Positions 27,874-36,871 are shown, counted from the first letter of the stretch. The stretch is 59,230 bases of DNA from Candidatus Bathyarchaeum sp. (GCA_026014495.1 JAOZIF010000013.1:1-59230), one strand, 5' to 3'. Translations and numbers: made by a program. Notes: generated by a model from the letters alone, not told the origin.

Positions 27874-28227
27874 ATGAAGTTTGTTAAGTTAACCGAAGAT
27901 GGGTGGCTGGAACGGCAAGGTTACTCCAAGAAAATCTTGCTCACCGAAAAAGACCTAAAATCTGACGGCAATATTGTTCAGATAGTCAAAAATAAGGCTC
28001 ACACCGAAATAAAGCCGCACTATCACAAAAAGATGATTGAAGTTTATCATGTTTTGAAGGGAAGTGCTGTTGTTTTCTGTGGAGACACAAAAGTTAGAGC
28101 CCAGCCCGGAGACACTTTGTTGTGTGAACCCGAAGAAGTTCACGGGTTAGTCAACGATACAGACGAAGATTTCATGTTTGCTGTCTTTAAAATCAACGCA
28201 AAAGACGAAGACATGTACTGGGTATAG
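27874..28227 (+). CDS. Cupin domain protein
   Basis: PHYH-x4-E-x5-G and GDTLLCEPEEVHG cupin motifs. Confidence 0.88.
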   Translation: MKFVKLTEDGWLERQGYSKKILLTEKDLKSDGNIVQIVKNKAHTEIKPHYHKKMIEVYHVLKGSAVVFCGDTKVRAQPGDTLLCEPEEVHGLVNDTDEDFMFAVFKINAKDEDMYWV

Positions 28228-28230
28228 CTT

Positions 28231-28527
28231 CTAAATTTTTACAATTTGCGCGTGGGGAACGCCGCAGATGTTTAGAACCGCTTCAGGGTGAACAAGCCCC
28301 TGTTCTATTGCTTTTTTCACGATGTTAGGTCCAACCATGTTCACAACCGTGGACTCTTCCATTAATGCAATAGCATCATCCACAGGCATTTTTGGACCTT
28401 TATAGAATTCTTCGCCAATCTTGAAAACTATTTTGCCATCCTTTAGAACTTCGCCTAGTAGTTCTTCGTCACAGGTTGCAAGAAGCACATGTTCTCCGCA
28501 TTTGCTCAACTTGGCGTATACTTCCAA
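28231..28527 (-). CDS. DUF424 family protein
   Basis: LLATCDEELLG, FYKG, VNMVG, GVPHAQ; TTG 28527 just after the aIF2-beta stop is preferred. Confidence 0.88.
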   Translation of the reverse strand: MEVYAKLSKCGEHVLLATCDEELLGEVLKDGKIVFKIGEEFYKGPKMPVDDAIALMEESTVVNMVGPNIVKKAIEQGLVHPEAVLNICGVPHAQIVKI

Positions 28528-28538
28528 GGTTAAGCGTC

Positions 28539-28943
28539 CTACAAAGTTGATATTGATGACCTTGCTCCACAGGCTTCGCAAACCAGAAACAAAAAGCGTC
28601 TATCTTTAACGATTTTTGTGTCTGGTCGAGTGCAAACAGGGCAGACTACAAACTCTTTGATGTATCTTTGGATGAGCCTCTCAAAGGTGTCTCTGTTGAA
28701 TTTTCCTTGAAAGATTGCTCGGTTACCTTGCATGGTTGCAGCGGTAGCCATCTCTTTTGAAAAGAACTTGAGAACGTGACGGGGTTCTCGGTTAAGGGCG
28801 TCACATATTTCTTTAAAATTTGCTAGGACTGTGCGCATGCCCATTATAAAACTTCGAGGCTGTGGAACCTCAAATCGTTTGTGTTCACGTACATCAGAAG
28901 GAAGCTTTGATTGAGCACGTTCAAGTAATTCTCTGTAATTCAT
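28539..28943 (-). CDS. eif2b: Translation initiation factor aIF-2 subunit beta
   Basis: YRELLERA, RFEVP, LNREPRH, CPVCTRPDT and CEACGA Zn ribbon. Confidence 0.96.
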   Translation of the reverse strand: MNYRELLERAQSKLPSDVREHKRFEVPQPRSFIMGMRTVLANFKEICDALNREPRHVLKFFSKEMATAATMQGNRAIFQGKFNRDTFERLIQRYIKEFVVCPVCTRPDTKIVKDRRFLFLVCEACGARSSISTL

Positions 28944-29088
28944 CCCTTAACGCCTACCCTACAGGAGTTTTGCCTTCAATAAAAGCCCTTCTCTTTTCTA
29001 AACAACAGACGCTTGATTTCTATAACGCAAACCACAAACTATATTGTAGTTGTCACGCAATAGATATACTTGAATTGGGGGAGATTCA

Positions 29089-29340
29089 GTGGGACTTTTA
29101 GACAGTGTTTCATCCGTTTTCGCTCGGCTCGAATTACGGTTTGAATTTTTTTATCCCCAGTTCATTGGGGTATACATAAAACGTAAACTGAAAGAATACA
29201 AAAAAACAGAACTAATAGACGACTACAAAGTGAAGTCTAGGCGCCAAGGAAAGTACCATTACTCCTTTGATGTGGATTTGTTTTTGAAAATAGAGAAAGG
29301 AGGTGAACTATCATGGTTGACGAAAAGAAAGGACACGTAA
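29089..29340 (+). CDS. Small hypothetical protein
   Basis: 83 aa, GTG start after GGGGAG, basic and aromatic-rich; overlaps the next small ORF. Confidence 0.55.
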   Translation: MGLLDSVSSVFARLELRFEFFYPQFIGVYIKRKLKEYKKTELIDDYKVKSRRQGKYHYSFDVDLFLKIEKGGELSWLTKRKDT

Positions 29341-29456
29341 AAGTGACTTTAGATGTGGAAATAAATGAGGCTCTTATGGACGTGATGAAAGAGAGCTTAG
29401 AAAATATGCCTCATCTGGTTCAGATGATGACCGAAAACAAAAAGAAGAAAGAGTAA
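29313..29456 (+). CDS. 47-aa small protein below the ORF-track cutoff
   Basis: GGAGGTGA RBS then MVDEKKGHVKVTLDVEINEALMDVMKESLENMPHLVQMMTENKKKKE-TAA. Confidence 0.65.
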   Translation: MVDEKKGHVKVTLDVEINEALMDVMKESLENMPHLVQMMTENKKKKE

Positions 29457-29584
29457 AAACACCTTCCAGTTTTTGTTAATTTGAAACAAGCTGATCAAGT
29501 AGGGCACTTTATTTTAGAGACAGGACTAAAACAGAAAATCCTTAAATCTTAACTTGACAATCGGGTAATAAGAAAAATATCGGA

Positions 29585-29659
29585 GGGCCCGTAGCTCAGT
29601 TTGGTTAGAGCGCCAGGCTCATAACCTGGTGGTCGCCGGTTCAAATCCGGCCGGGCCCA
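29585..29659 (+). tRNA. tRNA with CAU anticodon, most likely tRNA-Ile2 (agmatidine-modified)
   Basis: GGGCCCG/CGGGCCC acceptor, CCAGG-CTCATAA-CCTGG anticodon arm, TTCAAAT T loop. The acceptor type matches archaeal Ile2 rather than initiator or elongator Met. No intron, CCA not encoded. Confidence 0.9.
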
Positions 29660-29729
29660 CTGTAACAATTTTTGTGGCAAAAAGATTTAGTCATCTACTG
29701 CCACGTTTCTGTAAGGGAGCACTGTTAAG

Positions 29730-30920
29730 TTGAGAGAAGACCTTGAGCATATCCTAGCTGAGAAAGGTGCTGAAGCTTTGCTTTTGTACTCAGACAGCTA
29801 CAAAGACGCCAACATGTATTATCTTACAGAGTTTTTGGCTCCAGACCCCTTTGTTTTTCTCAAAAAAGTTGACGAGGAGCCTATCCTTGTAGTCAGCCAG
29901 ATGGAGTGTCCGCGTGCCCAAAAGCAATCTATCATCAAAGATGTGCGGTCATACTTTGACTACAACTATTTGACAGCAGTAAAATCGGCAAAGGAGCCTC
30001 AGTTGGGTGCTATACAGTTTCTTTCTGATTTAACAAAAAAGGAGTTGGGCACAAGAACAAAGATTTGTGTACCGCCAAATTTTCCAGTAATTGTTGCTGA
30101 TGTGATGCGTTCTGAGGGGTTAACGATTCAGCCAATGTTTGGTGTTGTCGAGAAAGCCAGAGAAACTAAAGATAACGCCGAAGTAAAGACAATTAAAGAG
30201 ATACAACGAATTAACGAAACAGTTGCCTCTGAAGCAATAAACCTGATAGCAAACTCGGATGTGGGCAGCAACAAAACCTTGCTGAGTAATGGGGAACCTT
30301 TGACTGTCGGCAAGGTGAAATCGTTTTTTGGACACAAACTTTTAGAACAAGGTTGCTTGGTCGAAGAAGACATCATAGTCGCATGTGGTCCACGCTCGTC
30401 TGATCCACATTATGTTGGTGAATCAGAAGACAAACTCAAAGCAGACCAGCCGATAATTTTGGATATTTATCCGCGGAGTTTGCAGAAACGTTACTGGACT
30501 GACATGACTCGAACCGTAGTGAAAGGAAAGTCATCAAACAAACTAAAGAAGATGTTTGATACAGTTTCTGAGGCAAAAAACGCTTCTTTAGATTCTATCC
30601 AAGCAGGAGCTGTGGGAAGCCAAGTCTATGATGTTTGTTGTGATGTGCTAGAGAAGAAGGGCTACCAGACCACGAGAAGCGGAAAAAAGGTGACCGTTGG
30701 GATGACTCATAGCCTTGGTCATGGGGTTGGGCTGCAGATACATGAGAGCCCCCGCATCGGTGAACTATCTTCGGTTCCATTGGGAGAGCATGTTATTGTG
30801 ACTGTTGAGCCTGGACTGTATGACCCCACGGTAGGTGGAGTGAGGCTAGAAGACATCATTGAATTAACAAAATCGGGATACAGTAACTTGACAAAAATGG
30901 AGACTCAACTAGAAATCTAA
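29730..30920 (+). CDS. Xaa-Pro aminopeptidase (M24 family)
   Basis: ILDIYP, YWTDMTRT, HSLGHGVGLQIHE, VEPGLY, GVRLED. Confidence 0.93.
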   Translation: MREDLEHILAEKGAEALLLYSDSYKDANMYYLTEFLAPDPFVFLKKVDEEPILVVSQMECPRAQKQSIIKDVRSYFDYNYLTAVKSAKEPQLGAIQFLSDLTKKELGTRTKICVPPNFPVIVADVMRSEGLTIQPMFGVVEKARETKDNAEVKTIKEIQRINETVASEAINLIANSDVGSNKTLLSNGEPLTVGKVKSFFGHKLLEQGCLVEEDIIVACGPRSSDPHYVGESEDKLKADQPIILDIYPRSLQKRYWTDMTRTVVKGKSSNKLKKMFDTVSEAKNASLDSIQAGAVGSQVYDVCCDVLEKKGYQTTRSGKKVTVGMTHSLGHGVGLQIHESPRIGELSSVPLGEHVIVTVEPGLYDPTVGGVRLEDIIELTKSGYSNLTKMETQLEI

Positions 30921-30929
30921 AGTTGTGCT

Positions 30930-31217
30930 TTAGCCCCCACTCATAAGAGACATTAGCATGACATTGTCGCCTTCATTTAGTTTTGCGTTCAGTCCGCCGA
31001 GTTGTCCAATGAATACTCCATTTATTGTGACTGAAAAGCCTGTTTTGATGTCTTTTACTCCTGGCTCGTAAACTTCTTTTTTGAATGCTGCGCCATGAAT
31101 TCCAGCTAATTTGTTTAGTAGGTCGTAGAGGGAGGATTTGTCTTCTATTTCGAGGTGTTCTTCTCTTTTGTTTAGCATGTTTTTGATGTATCCGAGGTAT
31201 TGGACTCTAACTTTCAA
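30930..31217 (-). CDS. moaD: MoaD/ThiS (SAMP-like) sulfur carrier
   Basis: Beta-grasp pattern with C-terminal SGG; divergent from aor. Confidence 0.88.
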   Translation of the reverse strand: MKVRVQYLGYIKNMLNKREEHLEIEDKSSLYDLLNKLAGIHGAAFKKEVYEPGVKDIKTGFSVTINGVFIGQLGGLNAKLNEGDNVMLMSLMSGG

Positions 31218-31514
31218 TGTTTTTCACCTGTTAGTCAATTACTTGTGGATGGTTGAGCTTTTTGCTGTTATATATTGTGTGGTGAATCTTATTTAGCGGT
31301 TATTGTGTGCTTTTTTTGTTATGGGCTAGTTTAATGGCAATTCAGTTTTTTCAAATTCCGTTATGCATTGCAAATACTATCGATATAATATTAGGCACAC
31401 CCTAAAAAAACGGTTAAAATTATGTTTCTGTTGAATCCAAAAAAAGATAAAGATTAATATTTATCTATCCGATTCATCTATTTCTCTCCAAAAGTAATCA
31501 ACGGAGGATTATGA

Positions 31515-33371
31515 TTGAGTTTCGCTAAACGAATTCTTTACGTAGATTTAACAACTGGGAAAACTGAAGTCAAACCCCTAGATATGAAATTGGCTAAAGA
31601 ATACATAGGAGGTATCGGTCTTGGAATGAAACTGTGGTTAGACCATTCCGAGGCAGGTGTTGACCCTTTCAGTCCTGAGAATCCCCTGATTTTCATGACT
31701 GGTCCTTTGACTGGTACTATGGCGCCTTCTGCTGGAAACAGTTATGCTGTTGTTTCCAAGTCACCTCTAACTAATACAATCGGCGAGGCTAAGGCTCATG
31801 GTTTCTTTGGGTCTGAAATAAAGCGTGCTGGATATGACCTCATCATATTCACAGGCAAAGCTGAGAAGCTGGTTTATGTTTGGATTGATGACGATTCTGT
31901 TCAGATTCTTGATGCAGAGCATATGAAGGGTATGTCTCCTGCTGAAACTGATGAGACTATCAGGGAAACCCTTGGCGATTTCTATATTCGTGTGTCTGCT
32001 ATTGGTGAAGCTGGCGAGAAACTGTGTCGGATTGGTTGTATAATTAATGACGAGTACCGTGCCATTGGTAGAGGCGGTATGGGCGCTGTTATGGGTTCTA
32101 AGAATTTGAAGGCTGTTGCTGTTCGTGGAACTAAAGATGTTGATGTTTCTGACCCTGAAGCGTTTACAGAGTTTGTTCGGACTGTTCATGAGCGTATGAA
32201 AGGTCCAGCTACACGAAAATACAGAACTTTGGGTACACCCGAGAACGTTTTGGTCTTGAATGCTTTGGCTGCTTTGGCTACCCGCAACTTTACTAATGCA
32301 ACTTTTGAGGGTGCAGAGAAAGTCAGTGGCGAGACTTTGAGTGAAAAGTATGTCAAGAAGATTATTGGGTGTGCAACTTGTGGTATGCGCTGTGACCACA
32401 TTGCTGTGGTTCCTGAAGGACAGTACAAGGGTAGCACTTCTCGTGTTGAGTTTGAGTGCCTGTGGTCTTGTGGTCCCCTCTGTGGCGTTGACCGTTTAGA
32501 TGCGATTATTGAGGCTATCCGTTTAGCTGACTATTATGGAATGGACGGAATTTCCATTGGTGTAATAGTGGCTATGGCTATGGACTGTTACGAAAATGGC
32601 GTCATAACTGACAAAGACACTGACGGACTGAAACTTAATTTCGGTAATCATGAGGCACTTGTTGAAGCAATTAAAAGAATTGGCACTCGCACTGGCTGGC
32701 TAGGAGACACGTTTGCTGAAGGAACCAAACGAGCAGCCGAAATAATTGGCAAAGACGCATACAAGTACGCTAACCACATCAAAGGAATGGAGTTGCCTGG
32801 TTATGATCTTAGGACATTGCAGACTGCTGCTTTGGGCTTTTCTGTTTCGTTCCGTGGAGCTTGCCACTTACGGTCTGGTGCTTATTCACCTGACGTGAAG
32901 GGCAAAGTTGACCGTTTCAAGATTGAGGCAGGAAGAGGAAAGATGATCATGGACGGTGAGGACCTGTATAACGTTGTTGACTCATTGATTTTGTGCAAGT
33001 TCTCAAGAGGTGTCATGTATGACGGTCTTAAGGACATGGCAAAATATTACGAGTTGGCAACTGGAATACCTATGAATGCTGATGATTTGTTGATGGCTGG
33101 TGAGCGGATTAACAATCTTGCTAGGGTGATTAACATTCGTGAGGGCGGAGGAACACGAAAAGAGGATACGTTGCCTTGGAAGATTCTGAACTTCCCAGTT
33201 CCTGAAGATTGTATTGGGAAGGGAGTTTATGTAAAGCAGGCAGAGTTTGACATTGGCTTAGATGACTACTATAAAGTTCGTGGCTGGACCAAGAATGGTG
33301 TGCCTACGCCTGAAAAACTCAAGCAAGTGGGTTTGGAGGATCTAATTCCGATTGTGGAGAAGAAGCTCTAA
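31515..33371 (+). CDS. aor: Tungsten aldehyde:ferredoxin oxidoreductase family protein
   Basis: ILYVDLT, IGGIGLG, GRGGMGAVMGSKNLKA, CATCGMRC, EFE, DYYGMDGIS, RGACH. Confidence 0.95.
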   Translation: MSFAKRILYVDLTTGKTEVKPLDMKLAKEYIGGIGLGMKLWLDHSEAGVDPFSPENPLIFMTGPLTGTMAPSAGNSYAVVSKSPLTNTIGEAKAHGFFGSEIKRAGYDLIIFTGKAEKLVYVWIDDDSVQILDAEHMKGMSPAETDETIRETLGDFYIRVSAIGEAGEKLCRIGCIINDEYRAIGRGGMGAVMGSKNLKAVAVRGTKDVDVSDPEAFTEFVRTVHERMKGPATRKYRTLGTPENVLVLNALAALATRNFTNATFEGAEKVSGETLSEKYVKKIIGCATCGMRCDHIAVVPEGQYKGSTSRVEFECLWSCGPLCGVDRLDAIIEAIRLADYYGMDGISIGVIVAMAMDCYENGVITDKDTDGLKLNFGNHEALVEAIKRIGTRTGWLGDTFAEGTKRAAEIIGKDAYKYANHIKGMELPGYDLRTLQTAALGFSVSFRGACHLRSGAYSPDVKGKVDRFKIEAGRGKMIMDGEDLYNVVDSLILCKFSRGVMYDGLKDMAKYYELATGIPMNADDLLMAGERINNLARVINIREGGGTRKEDTLPWKILNFPVPEDCIGKGVYVKQAEFDIGLDDYYKVRGWTKNGVPTPEKLKQVGLEDLIPIVEKKL

Positions 33372-33383
33372 GGAGGATGATGT

Positions 33384-33881
33384 GTGATGCCAACTATTCA
33401 TGAGAAAAAATTTGTTTCCGGTGACCCCTCAAAGTGTATTGGTTGCTGTGTCTGCGAGTACGCTTGTTCCATGAAACACGAAAACACCTATAATCCTACA
33501 AAGTCTCGTATTCGGGCTATTCGTTTGAATTCTTTTGTGAATTTGGCGGTTAGCTGCAGGCTCTGTGAGGATTCTCCTTGTGTTGCTGCTTGTCCGCGTG
33601 ATGCGCTTAGGCAGTCAGAAGAGAATGGTACCATCATGATTGATGAGGACAAGTGTAACGGCTGTGGATGGTGTATCGAAGCCTGTGATTATGGGGCTAT
33701 TCAGTTGCATCCTGACACCAGAAAAGTGTTTGTCTGTGACCTTTGTGAAGGTAATCCACAGTGTGTAGAGTGGTGCCCAGAGGAAGCTTTGGATTTCACG
33801 ACAAAGGATGTTGTTTCGCAGAAGGCACGGATAACAGCGGTCAAGAAGCTGTTCCAAGACGCACTATCGTCTGAAGAATAA
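33384..33881 (+). CDS. 4Fe-4S dicluster electron-transfer subunit
   Basis: CIGCCVCEYAC, CRLCEDSPCVAACP, CNGCGWCIEAC, CDLCEGNPQCVEWCP. Confidence 0.93.
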   Translation: MMPTIHEKKFVSGDPSKCIGCCVCEYACSMKHENTYNPTKSRIRAIRLNSFVNLAVSCRLCEDSPCVAACPRDALRQSEENGTIMIDEDKCNGCGWCIEACDYGAIQLHPDTRKVFVCDLCEGNPQCVEWCPEEALDFTTKDVVSQKARITAVKKLFQDALSSEE

Positions 33882-33933
33882 ACTCTCAAATATGTTGGAG
33901 CGTTTTTTGGCTCCAGCTTGATTTTTTCTTTTT

Positions 33934-34437
33934 TTAGGGTAGAATTTTTTCCAGAAATTCTGTTAGGTTTTTTACTGCTTGCTTTAGTGGTTGGGTTAGT
34001 CCTTCGCCAAATTCCGTGTCCATTGGCTGGATTATGAGCAGCGCGATTTTTGCTTGTGTGGTCTGTGTGAGGTAGTCACAAAAGATTCGTAGGGGCAACG
34101 TGTGGGTTGAGATTGACGTTTTTCTTATCAGTTGTGCTGGGTCTGCAAGTGTTGCTGCTCCTGCTTTTCTGTTTATTATTCCCGCGTCCACAAGTAGTAT
34201 GTGCGTGGGCTTGAAGGCTACTATTTGTTGCATGTAGCTTTCGGGGATTGTTTCTGCTTCTATTAGGTAGACAGATTTTGAGACTTTGTTTTGTAGGTTT
34301 CTTACGATTTCCACTCCTACGTTGTCGTCTCTTCTGAACGGGTTTCCGATGCCTGCAACGACTACTTTTTTTGCTCCAGAAAACCAGTCAGTTAGCGATT
34401 CTTTGATGTCAGGCACTTGTTTATCAGAACCACCCAT
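33934..34437 (-). CDS. hycI: Hydrogenase maturation protease (HycI type)
   Basis: GIGNPFRRDDNVG, ETIPE, LLVDA, STHTLPL. Confidence 0.88.
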   Translation of the reverse strand: MGGSDKQVPDIKESLTDWFSGAKKVVVAGIGNPFRRDDNVGVEIVRNLQNKVSKSVYLIEAETIPESYMQQIVAFKPTHILLVDAGIINRKAGAATLADPAQLIRKTSISTHTLPLRIFCDYLTQTTQAKIALLIIQPMDTEFGEGLTQPLKQAVKNLTEFLEKILP

Positions 34438-34598
34438 AACTACACAACCTACGTTAACTATGCAAGGAACAATAAACGCAAAATAAACTTATGGTTAACT
34501 GGAAGCTGTCAGAAAAAAGCCTGTTAATTGTTGTTCTGTTATGTGTCTACTAGTGTTAGTGTGAACTTTAGGCGGCAAACGTGTGCTGTGCTAAAAAG

Positions 34599-34653
34599 TT
34601 CAGAAAAAAAGTTAGTTTTCAACAATGAACCTCTATTAGTCTCCTAATATGCC
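34599..34653 (-). repeat. Dispersed intergenic element, copy 3 of 3
   Basis: Minus strand GGCA-TATTAG-GAGA-CTAATA-GAGGTTCATTGTTGAAAACTAAC-TTTTTTT-CTGAA. Confidence 0.9.
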
Positions 34654-34673
34654 GCACGAACATGTGAATACCG

Positions 34674-36332
34674 TTAGTGTGTTGTTTGTTTTTTTGGAAA
34701 AAATTTTGCGATAAGGGCTATCTCTACTGCAGCTGTTGTGGCAATAGCTAACACGCTAATTAGAGTCCATGTTGATGTTGGAATGAGTGTGAAATCTGCA
34801 GTTTTTATGAACCAAAATCTTTGCGTGTTTGATGCTTGACCTGTTTGGTTCCATGTTCCAACAAAAGCGTATCCGTTGTCGTTGGTTTGTATGACTGAGT
34901 CTGGGTTTGTGAAGTAGTTGCCCATTTCGATTGCTGTCTCTTTTTGTATGTTGCCTAAACTGTCAATTTTGGCTATCCACGTGAAAATTTGTGTGTCGGG
35001 GTCGAATACGCCAAACTCTGTTGCTTTTGTTGCAGATCCGACAAAGATGTAGCCTCCATCGTTAGCCTGCGAGATTGTTTGAATTGTGCTTGGATACTGA
35101 GAGTAAGAATAGCTTGTGTTCCAGACCATGTTGCCTTGATTGTCCATTTTGATTATCCAGCCATAAAGCCCTGCATACGTGTATCCCGCAACTATGTATC
35201 CGCTGTCATTGGTGGCTGTGCCGCTTGTGCCTTTTGGGTTAGCTGAGTTTTCGCCATGTAGCATGTACCATTGGATGTTGCCTTCGGGGTCAATTTTTGT
35301 GACACTCACTTTTCCTCCAGAGCCACCTCTTCCACTAACTGAGCCAAGAATAACGTAGCCATCATCTGTCTGCGTAAGTGATAGGGGATGGCCGATTGTT
35401 GCAGGTGCGATCGTCTTGTTTAGCTCAAGATTGCCGCTTGTATCTGTTTTAACAAACCAAGTTTCACTGATGTACATTGTATGAACATAGCCTGCGACTA
35501 AAGCGTAACCCTGATTACCCGTTTGAATAAGGCTTTCCAAACTTAAACCCACAACATCAGAGTGGCTTGTATTATGGGCAGTCAATAATCTACTCCACTG
35601 TATGTTGCCTTGGGAATCAATCTTGATTAGACAGATTTTGTCCTCTTGGTTTGAAAAATCATCTTCAATAACCTGTATTCCACCTAAAGCATAGCCTCCA
35701 TCACTTGTCTGAATAATGCTTGATAACTCCAGCCTTCCATCTTCAGCAGGGTAAGTTTTTGTCCACAGGACATTACCTGAAAAATCAGTTTTAACCAGAA
35801 TCGGTTTTTGGTTCACAAAAACGCTTTCAGTATCACTGTTTTCTTTAACAGACGCGTTTGTTCCCAACGCCAAATAGCCTCCATCAACAGTTTGAATAAC
35901 CGAGTTTCCACTTACTCCAAGCAGAAACTGTTCCCACTCTACCTTTGGTTCATAAAACGATTTAACGAATGAAACAGACAAAAGAAAACCCAAACAAATC
36001 AGCATAACAAGAATCGATGCAAAAACAAATTTCTTGGAAACCTTGATTCGGCTTTTTGTAAGCGAGTGACTGAATTTAGCGGCTTGTGGATGATTCTCAA
36101 GAAATGCAATTGCTTGTCGACCTTTTTCTGTTAGACAATATTTTCCATCTTTTCTTTTCTCTATTAGTTCATTTAGTATTTTTAGATGGTAGTTGAATCT
36201 GCCAGTGTTCGTGATTTTTAGAATGTTCATGAGCTCCATGTAACTCAAAGTGTCACTACTGTTTAAGCTCAACAAAATTTGTCTTCTGGTCTGATCCTTT
36301 AAGATTTTGTGGACAGAAAAATCTGCATCCAT
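34674..36332 (-). CDS. ArsR-like wHTH - TM - seven-repeat beta-propeller - TM fusion protein
   Basis: ILKDQTRRQIL...FNYHLKIL...YCLTEKG wHTH; TM FVFASILVMLICLGFLL; seven QTxDxGY repeats; C-terminal TM. ATG 36332 follows AAGGA. Confidence 0.85.
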   Translation of the reverse strand: MDADFSVHKILKDQTRRQILLSLNSSDTLSYMELMNILKITNTGRFNYHLKILNELIEKRKDGKYCLTEKGRQAIAFLENHPQAAKFSHSLTKSRIKVSKKFVFASILVMLICLGFLLSVSFVKSFYEPKVEWEQFLLGVSGNSVIQTVDGGYLALGTNASVKENSDTESVFVNQKPILVKTDFSGNVLWTKTYPAEDGRLELSSIIQTSDGGYALGGIQVIEDDFSNQEDKICLIKIDSQGNIQWSRLLTAHNTSHSDVVGLSLESLIQTGNQGYALVAGYVHTMYISETWFVKTDTSGNLELNKTIAPATIGHPLSLTQTDDGYVILGSVSGRGGSGGKVSVTKIDPEGNIQWYMLHGENSANPKGTSGTATNDSGYIVAGYTYAGLYGWIIKMDNQGNMVWNTSYSYSQYPSTIQTISQANDGGYIFVGSATKATEFGVFDPDTQIFTWIAKIDSLGNIQKETAIEMGNYFTNPDSVIQTNDNGYAFVGTWNQTGQASNTQRFWFIKTADFTLIPTSTWTLISVLAIATTAAVEIALIAKFFPKKQTTH

Positions 36333-36417
36333 ACTTAATCCTTTCAAAACCTACACAATTAAGCTTATTTGACTAAAATTTTTATCAAAAAATTACCATG
36401 CCCACAGAGAAATTCGC

Positions 36418-36537
36418 TGGTGCGGGGGACGGGATTCGAACCCGTGGAGGCCTGCGCCAGAGGATCTTAAGTCCTCCCCCTTTTCCTAGGGGATCTATGT
36501 TTGACCCGCTATTTAGACCTGGCTCGGGTACCCCCGC
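36418..36537 (-). tRNA. tRNA-Leu(UAA) with a 32-nt intron in the D arm (best fit 22/23; 36481-36512)
   Basis: GCGGGGG/CCCCCGC acceptor, GAGGA-CTTAAGA-TCCTC, long variable arm, CCA encoded; the intron forms a hairpin with BHB-like spacing. Confidence 0.93.
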
Positions 36538-36683
36538 CACCTCAATATTCACAACGCACCTTCGACATAAATGTTACTTGTGCGCAGAGCAGTTCAAGAC
36601 TGTTTTAGGTGTTGACTTGTTTTGTTTTTGGCGTTATGGTTATAACAGTCAACATGTTAGACATATTTTGGCGGGAAAAATCT

Positions 36684-36828
36684 GGGCGGGTATAGAAAAT
36701 TATGTTGGTTTTCTACCGAAGCCTAGCCAGGATAGGGCACGAACAGCACAAAATGTTGGTGTAAGCCTCCTAACAGGGAACTGGGAGTGAGCTCGGGGTC
36801 ACGGGTTCAAATCCCGTCCCGCCCGCCA
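36684..36828 (+). tRNA. tRNA-Arg(CCU) with three introns (9/10, 29/30, 37/38)
   Basis: Removing 36693-36720, 36743-36764 and 36773-36789 gives a complete cloverleaf: GGGCGGG/CCCGCCC, G73, CGAGC-CTCCTAA-GCTCG, CCA. Confidence 0.92.
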
Positions 36829-36871
36829 TCAAAAATTAGCTTTTCACGTGTTAACTTTACTGTTTACACTG

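Noticed and set aside
13778-34653. The three repeat copies as a CRISPR array (tail ends in TTGAAAAC)
   Set aside because: The copies are 6-14 kb apart, in both orientations, with no spacers and no cas genes. Kept only as a dispersed repeat.
36398-36790. 130-aa ORF in the track
   Set aside because: It overlaps the two tRNA genes; a chance open frame in GC-rich RNA genes.
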